Assembly: GCA_965261545.1 (NCBI GenBank)
Contig: CBDHDF010000007.1
Coordinates: forward strand, 448,001 to 512,000
Origin: Bdellovibrionales bacterium
Lineage (GTDB): Bacteria > Bdellovibrionota > Bdellovibrionia > Bdellovibrionales > UBA1609
Length of the DNA: 64,000 nt
Reading direction: 5' to 3'
Part shown: positions 30,483-40,775 of the stretch, piece by piece
Numbering within the stretch: the stretch's first letter is position 1
Layout of the letters: each line of letters begins with the position of its first letter
Made by a program: the position numbers and the translations under genes
Notes under the pieces: generated by a model
The model's input: only the letters and a program-made list of their open reading frames with translations
Databases searched by the model: none
What the model was told of the DNA's origin: nothing

Positions 30483-32600
30483 ATGTCCTACAAATCTCCT
30501 CAAACTCTCAAAGACCTCCACAGGACTCGTAATATAGGGATTATGGCTCATATTGATGCTGGCAAAACCACCACCACCGAGCGCATTCTTTACTACACTG
30601 GCAAGAATCACAAGATGGGGGAAGTCCACGACGGGGATACCACTATGGACTGGATGGAGCAGGAGCAGGAACGAGGGATTACAATTACGGCGGCGGCCAC
30701 CACTTGTTACTGGTCTGAGCATCGCATTAACATTATTGATACTCCAGGTCATGTTGACTTTACAGTGGAGGTGGAAAGGTCGCTTCGTGTTCTTGATGGG
30801 ACTATTGCCGTCTTTGATGGGGTGAGTGGCGTGGAGTCCCAGTCAGAAACTGTTTGGCGACAGGCCAACCGTTACCATGTTCCGAGAATTTGCTTTATCA
30901 ACAAGATGGACAGAGCCAGTGCCAATTTTCACACAAGCCTTCAGTCCATTGCTGAAAAGCTGAAGGCCACTCCTGTGGCTTTACAAATTCCTGTGGGTAG
31001 CGAGAGCCAGTTTCGGGGAGTTGTCGATCTCGTTGAAAACAAGGCTTATATTTGGAGTGACGATGATTGTGGTGAAAATTCTAATCGTGAAGAGAGCTTT
31101 AAAAAAGTGGAGGTTCCCCCCGAATTGGAGGAAGAGGCGTCTTTGGCCCGTGAGGCACTGCTTGAAGCCGTGTCTGAGTTTGATGACGTCGTGATGGCAA
31201 AATATCTCGATGGTGAGGCCATAGCCCCCACGGAGCTGCGGCAAGCCATTCGCCAAGCCACACTCTCCCTTTCTATCACTCCCGTATTGTGTGGATCTGC
31301 CTTTAAAAATAAAGGAATCCAGCCCCTTTTGGATGCCATTCTCTTTTACCTTCCAAGTCCCTTAGATGTCGCAGATATCGTGGGTTGGGACCCTAGAGAG
31401 GAAGACCGAGAGATTCTTTGCTCCACGGACTTTGATACGCCCACCACAGCCTTGGCTTTTAAAATCACTTCAGACTCTTTTGCAGGGTCTTTGAGCTTTG
31501 TGAGGGTTTACTCGGGTGTGGTGAAGGCAGGTAGCCAGCTTCTAAATCCTCGGAAAAACAAAAAAGAGCGGATTCAGCGTCTTGTGAAAATGCATGCGAA
31601 CAACCGTGAAGAAATCAAGGAACTCAAGGCTGGAGACATTGGAGCCGTGGTGGGACTTAAGTTCACTGGAACGGGGGATACCCTGTGTGCATCTGAAAGG
31701 CCCGTGGTTTTGGAGTCTATTCATTTTCCTGAACCCGTGATTTCAGTGGCCATTGAGGCCAAATCCACAGGGGATCAAAAGAAAATGGAAGAGGCTCTCG
31801 CCAGGCTTCAAAAAGAGGACCCCTCCTGTGGGGTACGCACAGATGCAGAGACAGGCCAGATGCTTTTATCGGGTATGGGGGAGCTTCACTTAGAAGTTCT
31901 TGTGCATCGCTTGCTTCGTGAATACAAAATCAAAGCCAATGTGGGAATCCCTCAGATTTCCTACCGTGAAACTCTTTGCTCTCTTGTGAAGGGAAAAGCA
32001 ACTTTTGAAAAGGAAGTGGCGGGAAAGCTTCACTACGCCGCTTGTTCCATTTGTGTTTCTCCCACAGAGCGAGGTAAGGGTATCTGTTTTGTCAATTCAG
32101 TTTCTCCTTCTTCCTTGGCCAAGAAATTTGTCGATGCCATTGAGGCTGGGGTGAAAGAGGCAGCCGAAGTGGGACCTCTCATGAGTGCAGCTATGACAGA
32201 TATTTCTATTGAACTCACCCATGTGGACCAAAGAGAGACGGAGTCCTCAGAAATGGCTTTTAAGGTGGCCTCGGCCACAGCTTTTCGAAGGGCTGTTCAA
32301 GATGGAGAGAGCCAGCTCTTAGAACCCATTTTTAAGGTTGAGGTTGTGACTCCTGAAGCTTACATGGGCAATATCATGGGAGATTTAAATGGCCGGCGAG
32401 GCAAGGTTCACCACATGTTTCCAAGGAGGGGGGGAGAGCAGGTTGTATCAGGGGAGGCTCCACTTATAAGTCTTTTTGGGTATGCCACAGACATACGCTC
32501 TCTCAGCCAAGGACGAGCCACTTTTAGCATGGAGTTTTTGGAGTACAGCCCTATGCCCCTCAAAGTGGTAGGAGAAATTCTTTCAAAGGTAGGGCGATAA
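30483..32600 (+). CDS. fusA: elongation factor G paralog (stand-alone)
   Basis: [31 protein letters not shown]; no rpsL/rpsG/tuf neighbours. Confidence 0.93.
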   Translation: MSYKSPQTLKDLHRTRNIGIMAHIDAGKTTTTERILYYTGKNHKMGEVHDGDTTMDWMEQEQERGITITAAATTCYWSEHRINIIDTPGHVDFTVEVERSLRVLDGTIAVFDGVSGVESQSETVWRQANRYHVPRICFINKMDRASANFHTSLQSIAEKLKATPVALQIPVGSESQFRGVVDLVENKAYIWSDDDCGENSNREESFKKVEVPPELEEEASLAREALLEAVSEFDDVVMAKYLDGEAIAPTELRQAIRQATLSLSITPVLCGSAFKNKGIQPLLDAILFYLPSPLDVADIVGWDPREEDREILCSTDFDTPTTALAFKITSDSFAGSLSFVRVYSGVVKAGSQLLNPRKNKKERIQRLVKMHANNREEIKELKAGDIGAVVGLKFTGTGDTLCASERPVVLESIHFPEPVISVAIEAKSTGDQKKMEEALARLQKEDPSCGVRTDAETGQMLLSGMGELHLEVLVHRLLREYKIKANVGIPQISYRETLCSLVKGKATFEKEVAGKLHYAACSICVSPTERGKGICFVNSVSPSSLAKKFVDAIEAGVKEAAEVGPLMSAAMTDISIELTHVDQRETESSEMAFKVASATAFRRAVQDGESQLLEPIFKVEVVTPEAYMGNIMGDLNGRRGKVHHMFPRRGGEQVVSGEAPLISLFGYATDIRSLSQGRATFSMEFLEYSPMPLKVVGEILSKVGR

Positions 32601-32770
32601 AGTTCCAAAATTTAAGGTAACTGCACCCTTGGCGATCCACTTCGTTACCTACGGCGGTGGCTCCTTTCAACGTACCTGAATTCCCCTCCAGTTATAACTA
32701 GGTTTATTGGGTAGAAGGGCCGGTTACCCGACCCAAACCCCCATTACCACCACATTGTGAAAACTCTGGA

Positions 32771-32806
32771 GAGCCACTCGGTGTCCATCCCTGACCCAAG
32801 TGGCTC
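32771..32806. terminator. hairpin between convergent genes
   Basis: gagccactcgg ... ccaagtggctc stem; no clear T-tract. Confidence 0.35.
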
Positions 32807-32901
32807 CTCCTCTTGCTCCACTCAAACTTCCATTCTATTCCACTCAATTCAATTTTAAAGTCTCAATGATAATACATTAATAAAATAATAAAATAATAAA
32901 A

Positions 32902-34617
32902 TTAATGGTAAGTCATAATTTCCATATGGCGCAAGCCTGCCATCTGGCCTCTTGAAACAAGCATAACTTCAGCAGCCATATTGTTCACAAAAACTTGATG
33001 AGAGCCAGCCTTCGTCAAGGTTTCCACCACGACGCCATTGACAACAACATCAATGGCAATGGCATTCTTGCCAAACCACATGGATCGAATATCGACAATC
33101 ACTTTCTTAATGGGCATCACTCGACCTAAAGTAAAGGAGTGGGTGGTGCCTCTAAAAAGGTTCATATCTCCTTCAAATATGTTAAAGATGCGGAGGTGGT
33201 GATCGTGATGACGACCGTCGTGCTCGTGGTGGCCACCTTCAAAGGAATGATCATGGTGGTGGTGGCCATCGTCGCTTTCATGATAATGGCCATCATGGTG
33301 GTGGCCGCCTTTTCCAGGTTCTTCGGGAGTCATATCCTCATCTTCACCTTCATCGGGAATATCCTCTGGGGGAAGATCATCCGCATCATCGGGAGTCTCT
33401 TCGGGAGACTCTCCTGGCTCCGTGGGAACGAGATCCTCCGGGGGGAGATCATCCGCATCATCGGGAGTCTCTTCGGGAGAATCTCCTGGCTCCGTGGGAA
33501 CGAGGTCCTCTGGGGGAAGATCATCCGAACCATCGGGAGTCTCTTCGGGAAAGTCTCCTGGCTCCGTGGGAACGAGGTCCTCTGGGGGAAGATCATCCGA
33601 ACCATCGGGAGTCTCTTCGGGAAAGTCTCCTGGCTCCGTGGGGACTAGATCCTTTGGGGGAAGATCATCCGAACCATCGGGAGTTTCTTCGGGAAAGTCT
33701 CCTGGCTCCGTGGGGACTAGATCCTCTGGAGGAAGATCATCCGAACCATCGGGAGTCTCTTCGGGAAAGTCTCCTGGCTCCACTCCGCAAGAAAGGAAAT
33801 TGTGAGACACTTCATGGATAGAGTGAGCTGCAAATTGAAACGCTTCGTAGCTATCTGGAAACTCAGAAGAAGCATTGTTCAATCGACCCTTAATATATTG
33901 GAGTTCATCAATCACACAAGCAAATCGGCTTGCAAAAATAGAGTCCATAAGATCGGTGATAGTAAACTCTACGAACATAACGAAAGTCACAAGAAGAAGC
34001 TCTGGAGGCCCCATGGGATGATAAATTGCATGACCCGAGTCTCCATCCATAGATGATGTGGTCAACTTGGAAATCATCATATCAAGTTGCCACTTGGCAA
34101 ACTTTGCTTGATTCTTTTCTAACTGAAGACTTTCCTCCAACTCACAATCGTAGCAATCCCCATATTTGGTGATCTTCGAGTCCAGTTCCACAGAAGCAAA
34201 GGTAATAAACCTGTAAGCTTCAAAAAGAAAGTAATTCAATGCCTTTTCAACCTGAAGATTCGCCGAAGCATTGTCCATAATCACATGAGTCACTTCAGAA
34301 ACTCTATGTATGGCCTTGCTCGTAAAAGTATGACTGTAATAAGGCTTGATATTCTGGAGGGATATTTCAATTCCCCTCATTAAGGCTTTGACAGAGCCCT
34401 CGTAGTTCCCATAGATAAGGTGCCTCTGAGCCTCTTTATGGGCACGCCTGAGAATTCTTAATTGTTGACGATACCAAGCGCCAGTATCACCTTGACTATT
34501 GCGAGCGACGAGTGCTTTGATACCCTCCCTAGGTGAGTAAGAATCAATAACTTCATCAGCCATAGATACATTAAAACCTGCAAAAATTAAAATAAGCGAT
34601 ATAATGATCGATTTCAT
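32902..34617 (-). CDS. secreted protein with 24-aa acidic repeats and a His-rich tract
   Basis: ATG 34617 with ggagg RBS and signal peptide MKSIIISL..SMA; 6x EPGDFPEETPDGSDDLPPEDLVPT; His cluster; C-terminal beta-rich domain. Confidence 0.8.
   Translation of the reverse strand: MKSIIISLILIFAGFNVSMADEVIDSYSPREGIKALVARNSQGDTGAWYRQQLRILRRAHKEAQRHLIYGNYEGSVKALMRGIEISLQNIKPYYSHTFTSKAIHRVSEVTHVIMDNASANLQVEKALNYFLFEAYRFITFASVELDSKITKYGDCYDCELEESLQLEKNQAKFAKWQLDMMISKLTTSSMDGDSGHAIYHPMGPPELLLVTFVMFVEFTITDLMDSIFASRFACVIDELQYIKGRLNNASSEFPDSYEAFQFAAHSIHEVSHNFLSCGVEPGDFPEETPDGSDDLPPEDLVPTEPGDFPEETPDGSDDLPPKDLVPTEPGDFPEETPDGSDDLPPEDLVPTEPGDFPEETPDGSDDLPPEDLVPTEPGDSPEETPDDADDLPPEDLVPTEPGESPEETPDDADDLPPEDIPDEGEDEDMTPEEPGKGGHHHDGHYHESDDGHHHHDHSFEGGHHEHDGRHHDHHLRIFNIFEGDMNLFRGTTHSFTLGRVMPIKKVIVDIRSMWFGKNAIAIDVVVNGVVVETLTKAGSHQVFVNNMAAEVMLVSRGQMAGLRHMEIMTYH
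33355..33780. repeat. 6 x 72-bp intragenic tandem repeat
   Basis: catcgggagtctcttcggga unit recurs every 72 bp. Confidence 0.92.
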
Positions 34618-35016
34618 TTTTCCTCCAATAAGTAGTGAGAGTACACAGGCCACGTGGTACAAATTCCATGGGAACAAATGTGAACCTCTACTAAAATCAT
34701 CGTTTTGTTGCCTATTACGACGTACATCCCTGAAAATACCTACTGTCAAATTTATCTAAAGTACAAAGTCATAAGCCCCTTGTGCTCCGAAGGACTGTCT
34801 GTTGACAGACTGTGTAAACTCGCCCCCCCCCAGTTCGAGTTGTCACAATAATTCAAAACATAATATAATTATAAATATTAGAAAAAATTTTACATCCAAG
34901 CAAGTGAGCTATGAAAAATACTTATGATTATTATGCAATACGCCATGATTTTATGGGTCTATTAAAAATGGCCAAATTTAATTGTTGTCTAACAGTATTG
35001 GATCACATGAAAAAAT

Positions 35017-35679
35017 TCATAGTTTAGGGGGACCCCATGAGTCTCTCTGAATCTCATCAAAGTTTGAAATATCATCAGAACTTGGAATTTCATCAAAATC
35101 TAGAGTCTCATCAAAATCTGGCATATCCACCATCGGCTCTCGCATAACAGAATCTAGAAACTTATCCCTAGACACCTTTTGAAGGGAAGGCTGCCTATCT
35201 TTAGTGGAGATAGGAGGGGGAGTTGAGGCAGAAGTGGAGGTAGAAGTTGTCGCTGAAGAAGCCCTTTGAGTGGAACCAGAAGAGGCACCGACGTTGGCCA
35301 CAAATTTCCCTTGGGATTCCTTAAATAATTCCAGACCAGAAATACGAATCCATTTTTTCATCCCCGAGCACCAAGCAAAATCTGTACCACGAATAAAACC
35401 ATCTTTCACAAGATCTTTCAACTCACTGCTTGAAAACAAACCCCTTTGAATATATTTCCCATCCTCATTTTTCAGAACCACCCAGTCACCACTGGTGTTT
35501 GGAGATTCAAACTGTGAAGCAAATTCCTTAAAAGTTCCCGCTCCCATCCAGTAGTCCTCACCCTCTCGACAAATAAGATCCAAAGCACCCATTTCATATT
35601 GATTGATGCGTCGAGACAATTTTTCTATAGCCACGGGCCCATAGACCCTGCCTCTCTCTAAAAAAAACCACCCTCTCAT
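35017..35679 (-). CDS. tandem GYF_2 (DUF4339) domain protein
   Basis: W.....YGP..DLICREG..W and W..QRG..TDFAWCSGM..W patterns. Confidence 0.75.
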   Translation of the reverse strand: MRGWFFLERGRVYGPVAIEKLSRRINQYEMGALDLICREGEDYWMGAGTFKEFASQFESPNTSGDWVVLKNEDGKYIQRGLFSSSELKDLVKDGFIRGTDFAWCSGMKKWIRISGLELFKESQGKFVANVGASSGSTQRASSATTSTSTSASTPPPISTKDRQPSLQKVSRDKFLDSVMREPMVDMPDFDETLDFDEIPSSDDISNFDEIQRDSWGPPKL

Positions 35680-37376
35680 ACAATCCCTTCCTTGTGATTT
35701 GATTTGTTATTGGTCTCGTATTCATTATCTTTTAATTTTAATTTCGCTTGCAACATAAAATACGTCTTCATAAAGTCACTCCCCACCACATCATATCCCA
35801 ATATTTCATAAAGTTCTAACAAAGGCAGTTGCTTCTGCCTGTACTTATTATACAGCCGGTCCCCCAACATTTGTCCCAATATTCGAGAAGCCTCTAAATA
35901 ACTCGCCTTACGTTGAGGCTTAAAGCCTGCCTTCTGTAAATCCTGATCCTGGGAGGCCAAAAGTTCTCTCACTCTTTGATCCAGACTCAACTGCAAAGCC
36001 TCACGCCCCTTATCATCCACATGGGAAGCTGCAAGCAGAGCTTGGATATCTTGCACAGACTCCGTTTTGCGACGATAATTAATCAGCTTACTCATAAAAT
36101 AACTCACTCCCTCCACCCATATCGCAGAGAGAAAATTCTCAGGAAAGCTCCAGCACAATGACTTCCGTCCACTGAGCTTCCCATGGATGTACTGCCCCGC
36201 CATGGCGGCGGCATGATTGATCGTCCCCCGCGACAAATAAACCAATCCCTCACTGGGGAGATAAAAGCTTCTATCGTTACTCATAAGCCAATGGGCCAAG
36301 TCGAGTTCCTCAGAAGTCATTTTTGTAGGTAACAATTCCTCTAGATAGTCTTGATCCGCAGGGCAATAAACTGATAAATCGCTGGTATCGATCTCAATGC
36401 TAAGATCTCTAGCAAGAAATTCAATCAAAGACTGAACAGAGTCCGTGTAGTCGATGCCTTCTATGAGATCTTCCCCATCCAGATCCAGGTGTTTATCATG
36501 AGTTCTCTCCAGGTAAATAAGGTAGCTCTGCCATTTGACCCAAGGAGGGGAGGCCATGACGCAAAATCTTTCTCCAAACCTCTGCTCGGACCTCTCCCCT
36601 TTGGAATCATCTCCCCCACTGCGCATGACCTCTGGCCTGGACTCGGGGCTCTGTTCCGCCAGTTGAAAATAAAGTTGCTCCAAATTTTGATGAACCACAA
36701 TGGGCCAATGACCTGTCAACTTGTGGATTCTTTGGGGAAGGTGTTCCCTGGCCAAGTGGTATTCACCCACAATTCCATAAATGGTACCCCCCTCTAAAAC
36801 ATGGGACATACCATAGGACACCAAGTGCTGAGCCATAATCTCATCCCTCTTCTCAAGAATGCCACCCATATCATTGTCATGGGAAAAAACCTCATTGATC
36901 CCCAGCACGGAAAGAGAGTGCTCCTTTGCAAAGTCCATAAGCCCCTTATAGTGAGACCATGGAAAACCCCAGTGGGCTTCCCATTGGATCTGTTCCAGAA
37001 ATGTCTCGTCATCCACCTTATGGGAAAGATAATTGTCGATAAGAGGTTGGTGGCAAGACTCAAAGCACTCCAAAGCCAAAACCAAGGTCCCCGACCTTAG
37101 GGTCCTCGACCCCAGGGTCACCAATTGTCTCAAAATCCGAAGATGGGTTCTCTGGGACTGGGGAAAAGCATGAAAATCAGCGCCAAGGATCAAGGGAGAA
37201 CTCCTTAAAGTCCCTATCATTTGAGATGGAGGGCATGCCTGCCAAGAACCTTTATGCTCATCCATAAACTTTGACCTATAGGCGGCAAGTTCTTTGTCTT
37301 CATGGCCTACGTGGAGTTTCACTTGTTTTTTGAGCTGGTCCAACAAAGCTCGGCGCCGCAAGAGCCAAGTTCCCAT
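35676..37376 (-). CDS. ChaN-like family protein
   Basis: GADFH, LALECF, W..HWGFPW..Y, RDE.MA, GEYH motifs. Confidence 0.7.
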   Translation of the reverse strand: MGTWLLRRRALLDQLKKQVKLHVGHEDKELAAYRSKFMDEHKGSWQACPPSQMIGTLRSSPLILGADFHAFPQSQRTHLRILRQLVTLGSRTLRSGTLVLALECFESCHQPLIDNYLSHKVDDETFLEQIQWEAHWGFPWSHYKGLMDFAKEHSLSVLGINEVFSHDNDMGGILEKRDEIMAQHLVSYGMSHVLEGGTIYGIVGEYHLAREHLPQRIHKLTGHWPIVVHQNLEQLYFQLAEQSPESRPEVMRSGGDDSKGERSEQRFGERFCVMASPPWVKWQSYLIYLERTHDKHLDLDGEDLIEGIDYTDSVQSLIEFLARDLSIEIDTSDLSVYCPADQDYLEELLPTKMTSEELDLAHWLMSNDRSFYLPSEGLVYLSRGTINHAAAMAGQYIHGKLSGRKSLCWSFPENFLSAIWVEGVSYFMSKLINYRRKTESVQDIQALLAASHVDDKGREALQLSLDQRVRELLASQDQDLQKAGFKPQRKASYLEASRILGQMLGDRLYNKYRQKQLPLLELYEILGYDVVGSDFMKTYFMLQAKLKLKDNEYETNNKSNHKEGIV

Positions 37377-37493
37377 TTTTCTCCTTTGTTATCATTCATA
37401 TCTTTTATTTAAGCGAAGTCTTTTATTGAAACGAAACCTTTTATTGAAACGAAACCTTTTCGGCGAACAGAACCCTGTAACACTCATATTCAC

Positions 37494-38201
37494 TCATTCG
37501 GTAGAAAATATAATAAAATTTCCTTCAAACCGCTCACTTTCGTTGAGAAGGGCCTGGGCTGGATCCGTTTCATCACTAAAAAAACCCAAGAGCTCCAACT
37601 TGACGTGATAAACAAAACTATTATCATTTTCGGGAAGACTCTGGACATAGAACACAATGGGAAGAGTATGCACATCACTTCCTGGTGCCAAAACAGCATA
37701 GGTGTTGGGATCCACAAGATCGCAGGGGTTTTTATTCTCCTCATAAACACAATCCGAAGGAAGATATTCTTGGGTGGCCGTAGGAGCCTCACCTTTCCGG
37801 CTATTATTTTTAGATATCTCTAAAACAAAGCCCGTCACAACCAGTGTTTTACTGGCTTTATTTTCAATACTGAGAACAAAACTAAAGTGGGGAGGAGTTA
37901 CCTCTTCGTACTCAATGGGGTTTGTTCCAGGAAGAGGGATCCTCTTCTTATTTGTCGACACTCGCGGCTTGCCATTGATACTTACTTTCACCTTAGACGA
38001 AAGTGTATTCGAGTCACCACAAGATCCACACCAAAAAAGAACTCCGCCCACCATGAGCACTTTCATCATGAAGTATCTTATTTTCATAAAAGATCTTATT
38101 TTCATGAAAGATCTTATTTTCATGAAAGACTTTATGCAAAAAGCCACCCAAAAAGCCAAAGTCAATTCCATAACAATAGCCCCCCGTGAATTGAACCACA
38201 T
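37494..38201 (-). CDS. hypothetical lipoprotein
   Basis: Hydrophobic stretch ending CGSC; upstream MKIRSF x3 18-bp repeat makes the start uncertain. Confidence 0.6.
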   Translation of the reverse strand: MWFNSRGAIVMELTLAFWVAFCIKSFMKIRSFMKIRSFMKIRYFMMKVLMVGGVLFWCGSCGDSNTLSSKVKVSINGKPRVSTNKKRIPLPGTNPIEYEEVTPPHFSFVLSIENKASKTLVVTGFVLEISKNNSRKGEAPTATQEYLPSDCVYEENKNPCDLVDPNTYAVLAPGSDVHTLPIVFYVQSLPENDNSFVYHVKLELLGFFSDETDPAQALLNESERFEGNFIIFSTE

Positions 38202-38272
38202 ATATTTATACTAACCATGATATTTAATACTAACCATATATTAACCCATATACTTATCATTAACATTTATTA

Positions 38273-40732
38273 TTATAACTTCTGCCCCATAATTCTTGGA
38301 GTCAAGAAGAGAAGAAGTTCATTCTTATCTTTCTCATGGGAACGACTCTTAAACAGCCAGCCAAAAAAAGGAATGTCCTTGAAAAAAGGAACACCCACTT
38401 CTGAATCGCCCTCCCTTGTACTGTAAATTCCACCTATCACGGCAGTTTGCCCATGTTGCACCAAAACCTTGGTCTTTGCGGATCGCGAGTTCACAGACCT
38501 GGCAAGAGATGTAAGGTCCTCAAGAGCCCCTGGAAACTGGCGTGTCACATCCACATCCATGATAATTCCACCCGAAGAAGTGATCTGAGGAGTCACCTTG
38601 AGGCTGAGAGTCACAGGAGTTCTATTTACTTGAGTGGTTGTCACCCCATTGTTATTCACAGCACTCAAAGATAAAATCTCACCACTTTGACTGATCTCTG
38701 AGGCCTGTTTATTCAAAGTGACAATTCTTGGAGAAGATATCACCCTAGCCACACTGTCGGACTCTGCCAAGGCCAGAGCCGCATCCAAGTCACCGAGAAA
38801 ATCTAAAGTTCCAATATTGAGGTTCATCACGGCGGTTCCACTCACGGTGTCTGCCACAGGACGAATACCTAAACTGGGAGTGATCGTCAAAGGACCTGAA
38901 GCTCCTGATCCCAAATTTGTCTGCGCTCCCGAAAGTCCCCAACTCACACCAAGGCTCTTGGAAAAAGCCTCCGTGGCTTCAACAACTTTACCCTCAATCA
39001 TCACTTGCTCGGGCGGGGTATCAAGTTGCTTAATCAAAGCCGATACACGAGCGAGGACTTCCTTGGTGTCAGTGATAATCACCGAGTTTGTGCGAGCATC
39101 CACAGCCACCTTCCCCCTGTTGGGAGTTAAGAAAGGAGACACCTGACCACTTAAATTCTCCACCTTGGCATAACTCACTGGTATGACTCGAACCAAAACG
39201 GGCTGTAAAGACCTTTGCGACTCAATGATGGATTTAGAAGTCGCAGCCTCTTCTTGCAATTGACTGATGGAGGCAATGCGAATGACATTTCCCTGTCTCA
39301 CATAGCCCAACTTATGGGTTCGTAACAAGATGACCAAAACCTGATCCCAGGGCACTTCCCTAAGATTCATGGTCACCTCTCCCTTGACCTCTTGGGAAAC
39401 CACTAAATTAGCCCCACTTTCAGCCATGATAAAGTTAATGGCATCAATGATAGGCACACCTTGGAGGTTCATTGAAATTTTCTTTCCATAAAATTTATTG
39501 TTATTGACAAGAAACTCCTCCAAACTTCTCACTCCAAGAGGCTGTCCTCTAGACGAAGAGCTATTTCCTCCAACAGTGGGCACCTCTGAGTCGCCACCAA
39601 TATCTCCATTTCCTCCAATATCTTCTCCAACACTCTCCTCAAAAACTTCCCCAGACTCCCCTTCCTCAGAGTCATTATCAGCAAGCAGAGTTCCTCCTCC
39701 ATCTCCAGAGGACAAAACATAAATCATATTTCCCTCCTTCTGCACACTGGGACTCACCGAAGAATCCTTCAGTTGCACAACAACACTCACCTTACTATCT
39801 CCATCTTCCTGATAGGCATTGATGGCTCCAAAAGGTGAGGAGGAAAAATCCTTCATAATGAAAGGACGACGCAAACTCTCAGGCAAAAAAGCATTAAATA
39901 TATCGACAGTGTATTGATTGGTGCTCTTATTAAAGCGAGTTTCATACTCCATCTCACCATCTCCAGTGATAGCCACTGTACCACCACCTTGATCCGCTAA
40001 AAACTGAATATTTGTTATGCCCAATCCACTTTCTGAAGCCGCATCTCCGGCATCTGCATATTCCTCTTGGCCTTCCTCTGCAAGAAAGTCATCTCCACCA
40101 CCTCCCACATCTTGATCCACAGGTTCTTCAGCGAAATCCTCAGAATCAGAAATATCCTCCTCAACACCGGCCACTTCCTGGCCATCATCTTCAGCCCATT
40201 CTTCTTCTAAGGATTCTTCACCGGCAAATTCTTCTTCATCTAACTCCTCATCACCTTGCCCTACGCCCTCCTGGGCTAAGTCACTACCTTCCTCAAAGTC
40301 TGAATCGAGCTCAACATCACTGGATGCAATATCTCCATCATCCAACCCCTCACTAGTTTCACTGTCTTCTTCACTGTTTGCATCCTCATCAAAGTCGGCA
40401 AACTCATCTTCAAAATCCGCAAGTTCCCCTTCGCTATTGCCTTCTGCATCCTCTTCGTTATCAGTATCAGCCCAATCTTCACCAGCCCCCTCCCCCTCTT
40501 GATCGTCAAGGCCCTCAAGCTCTCCATCATCCTCGGCGTCATCTTCGGCACCAGCGTCTTCAGCAAGATCACCCACCTTTTCCTCCAAGGCAAACTCGTC
40601 ACTTTCAGACGAAGAGAGGCTTAGCATGGAACACGAAACCCCACCACTTAACACACCTGTAAGAAGAACAATAAGATAGAAAGTATGTCTTGAAAATTTC
40701 ATCCTTAAAACTCCTTCATATTTAACTTGCAA
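38273..40732 (-). CDS. pilQ: type IV pilus secretin
   Basis: VPWDQ, VDARTNS, QVMIEGKVVE, SSPRIVT, GVPFFKDIPFFGWLF, ELLLFLTPRI. Confidence 0.95.
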   Translation of the reverse strand: MQVKYEGVLRMKFSRHTFYLIVLLTGVLSGGVSCSMLSLSSSESDEFALEEKVGDLAEDAGAEDDAEDDGELEGLDDQEGEGAGEDWADTDNEEDAEGNSEGELADFEDEFADFDEDANSEEDSETSEGLDDGDIASSDVELDSDFEEGSDLAQEGVGQGDEELDEEEFAGEESLEEEWAEDDGQEVAGVEEDISDSEDFAEEPVDQDVGGGGDDFLAEEGQEEYADAGDAASESGLGITNIQFLADQGGGTVAITGDGEMEYETRFNKSTNQYTVDIFNAFLPESLRRPFIMKDFSSSPFGAINAYQEDGDSKVSVVVQLKDSSVSPSVQKEGNMIYVLSSGDGGGTLLADNDSEEGESGEVFEESVGEDIGGNGDIGGDSEVPTVGGNSSSSRGQPLGVRSLEEFLVNNNKFYGKKISMNLQGVPIIDAINFIMAESGANLVVSQEVKGEVTMNLREVPWDQVLVILLRTHKLGYVRQGNVIRIASISQLQEEAATSKSIIESQRSLQPVLVRVIPVSYAKVENLSGQVSPFLTPNRGKVAVDARTNSVIITDTKEVLARVSALIKQLDTPPEQVMIEGKVVEATEAFSKSLGVSWGLSGAQTNLGSGASGPLTITPSLGIRPVADTVSGTAVMNLNIGTLDFLGDLDAALALAESDSVARVISSPRIVTLNKQASEISQSGEILSLSAVNNNGVTTTQVNRTPVTLSLKVTPQITSSGGIIMDVDVTRQFPGALEDLTSLARSVNSRSAKTKVLVQHGQTAVIGGIYSTREGDSEVGVPFFKDIPFFGWLFKSRSHEKDKNELLLFLTPRIMGQKL

Positions 40733-40775
40733 CTCTTTAGAATTCTGCAGGGCTAACCTCTGGAAAGGCCCTTCA

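Noticed and set aside
32771..32806. Group II intron domain V (hairpin starts GAGCC)
   Set aside because: No GNRA loop and ~30 nt from the domain VI-like stub; better explained as a plain hairpin
33355..33780. CRISPR-like periodicity and antisense S/G-rich ORFs
   Set aside because: Coding tandem repeat without spacers
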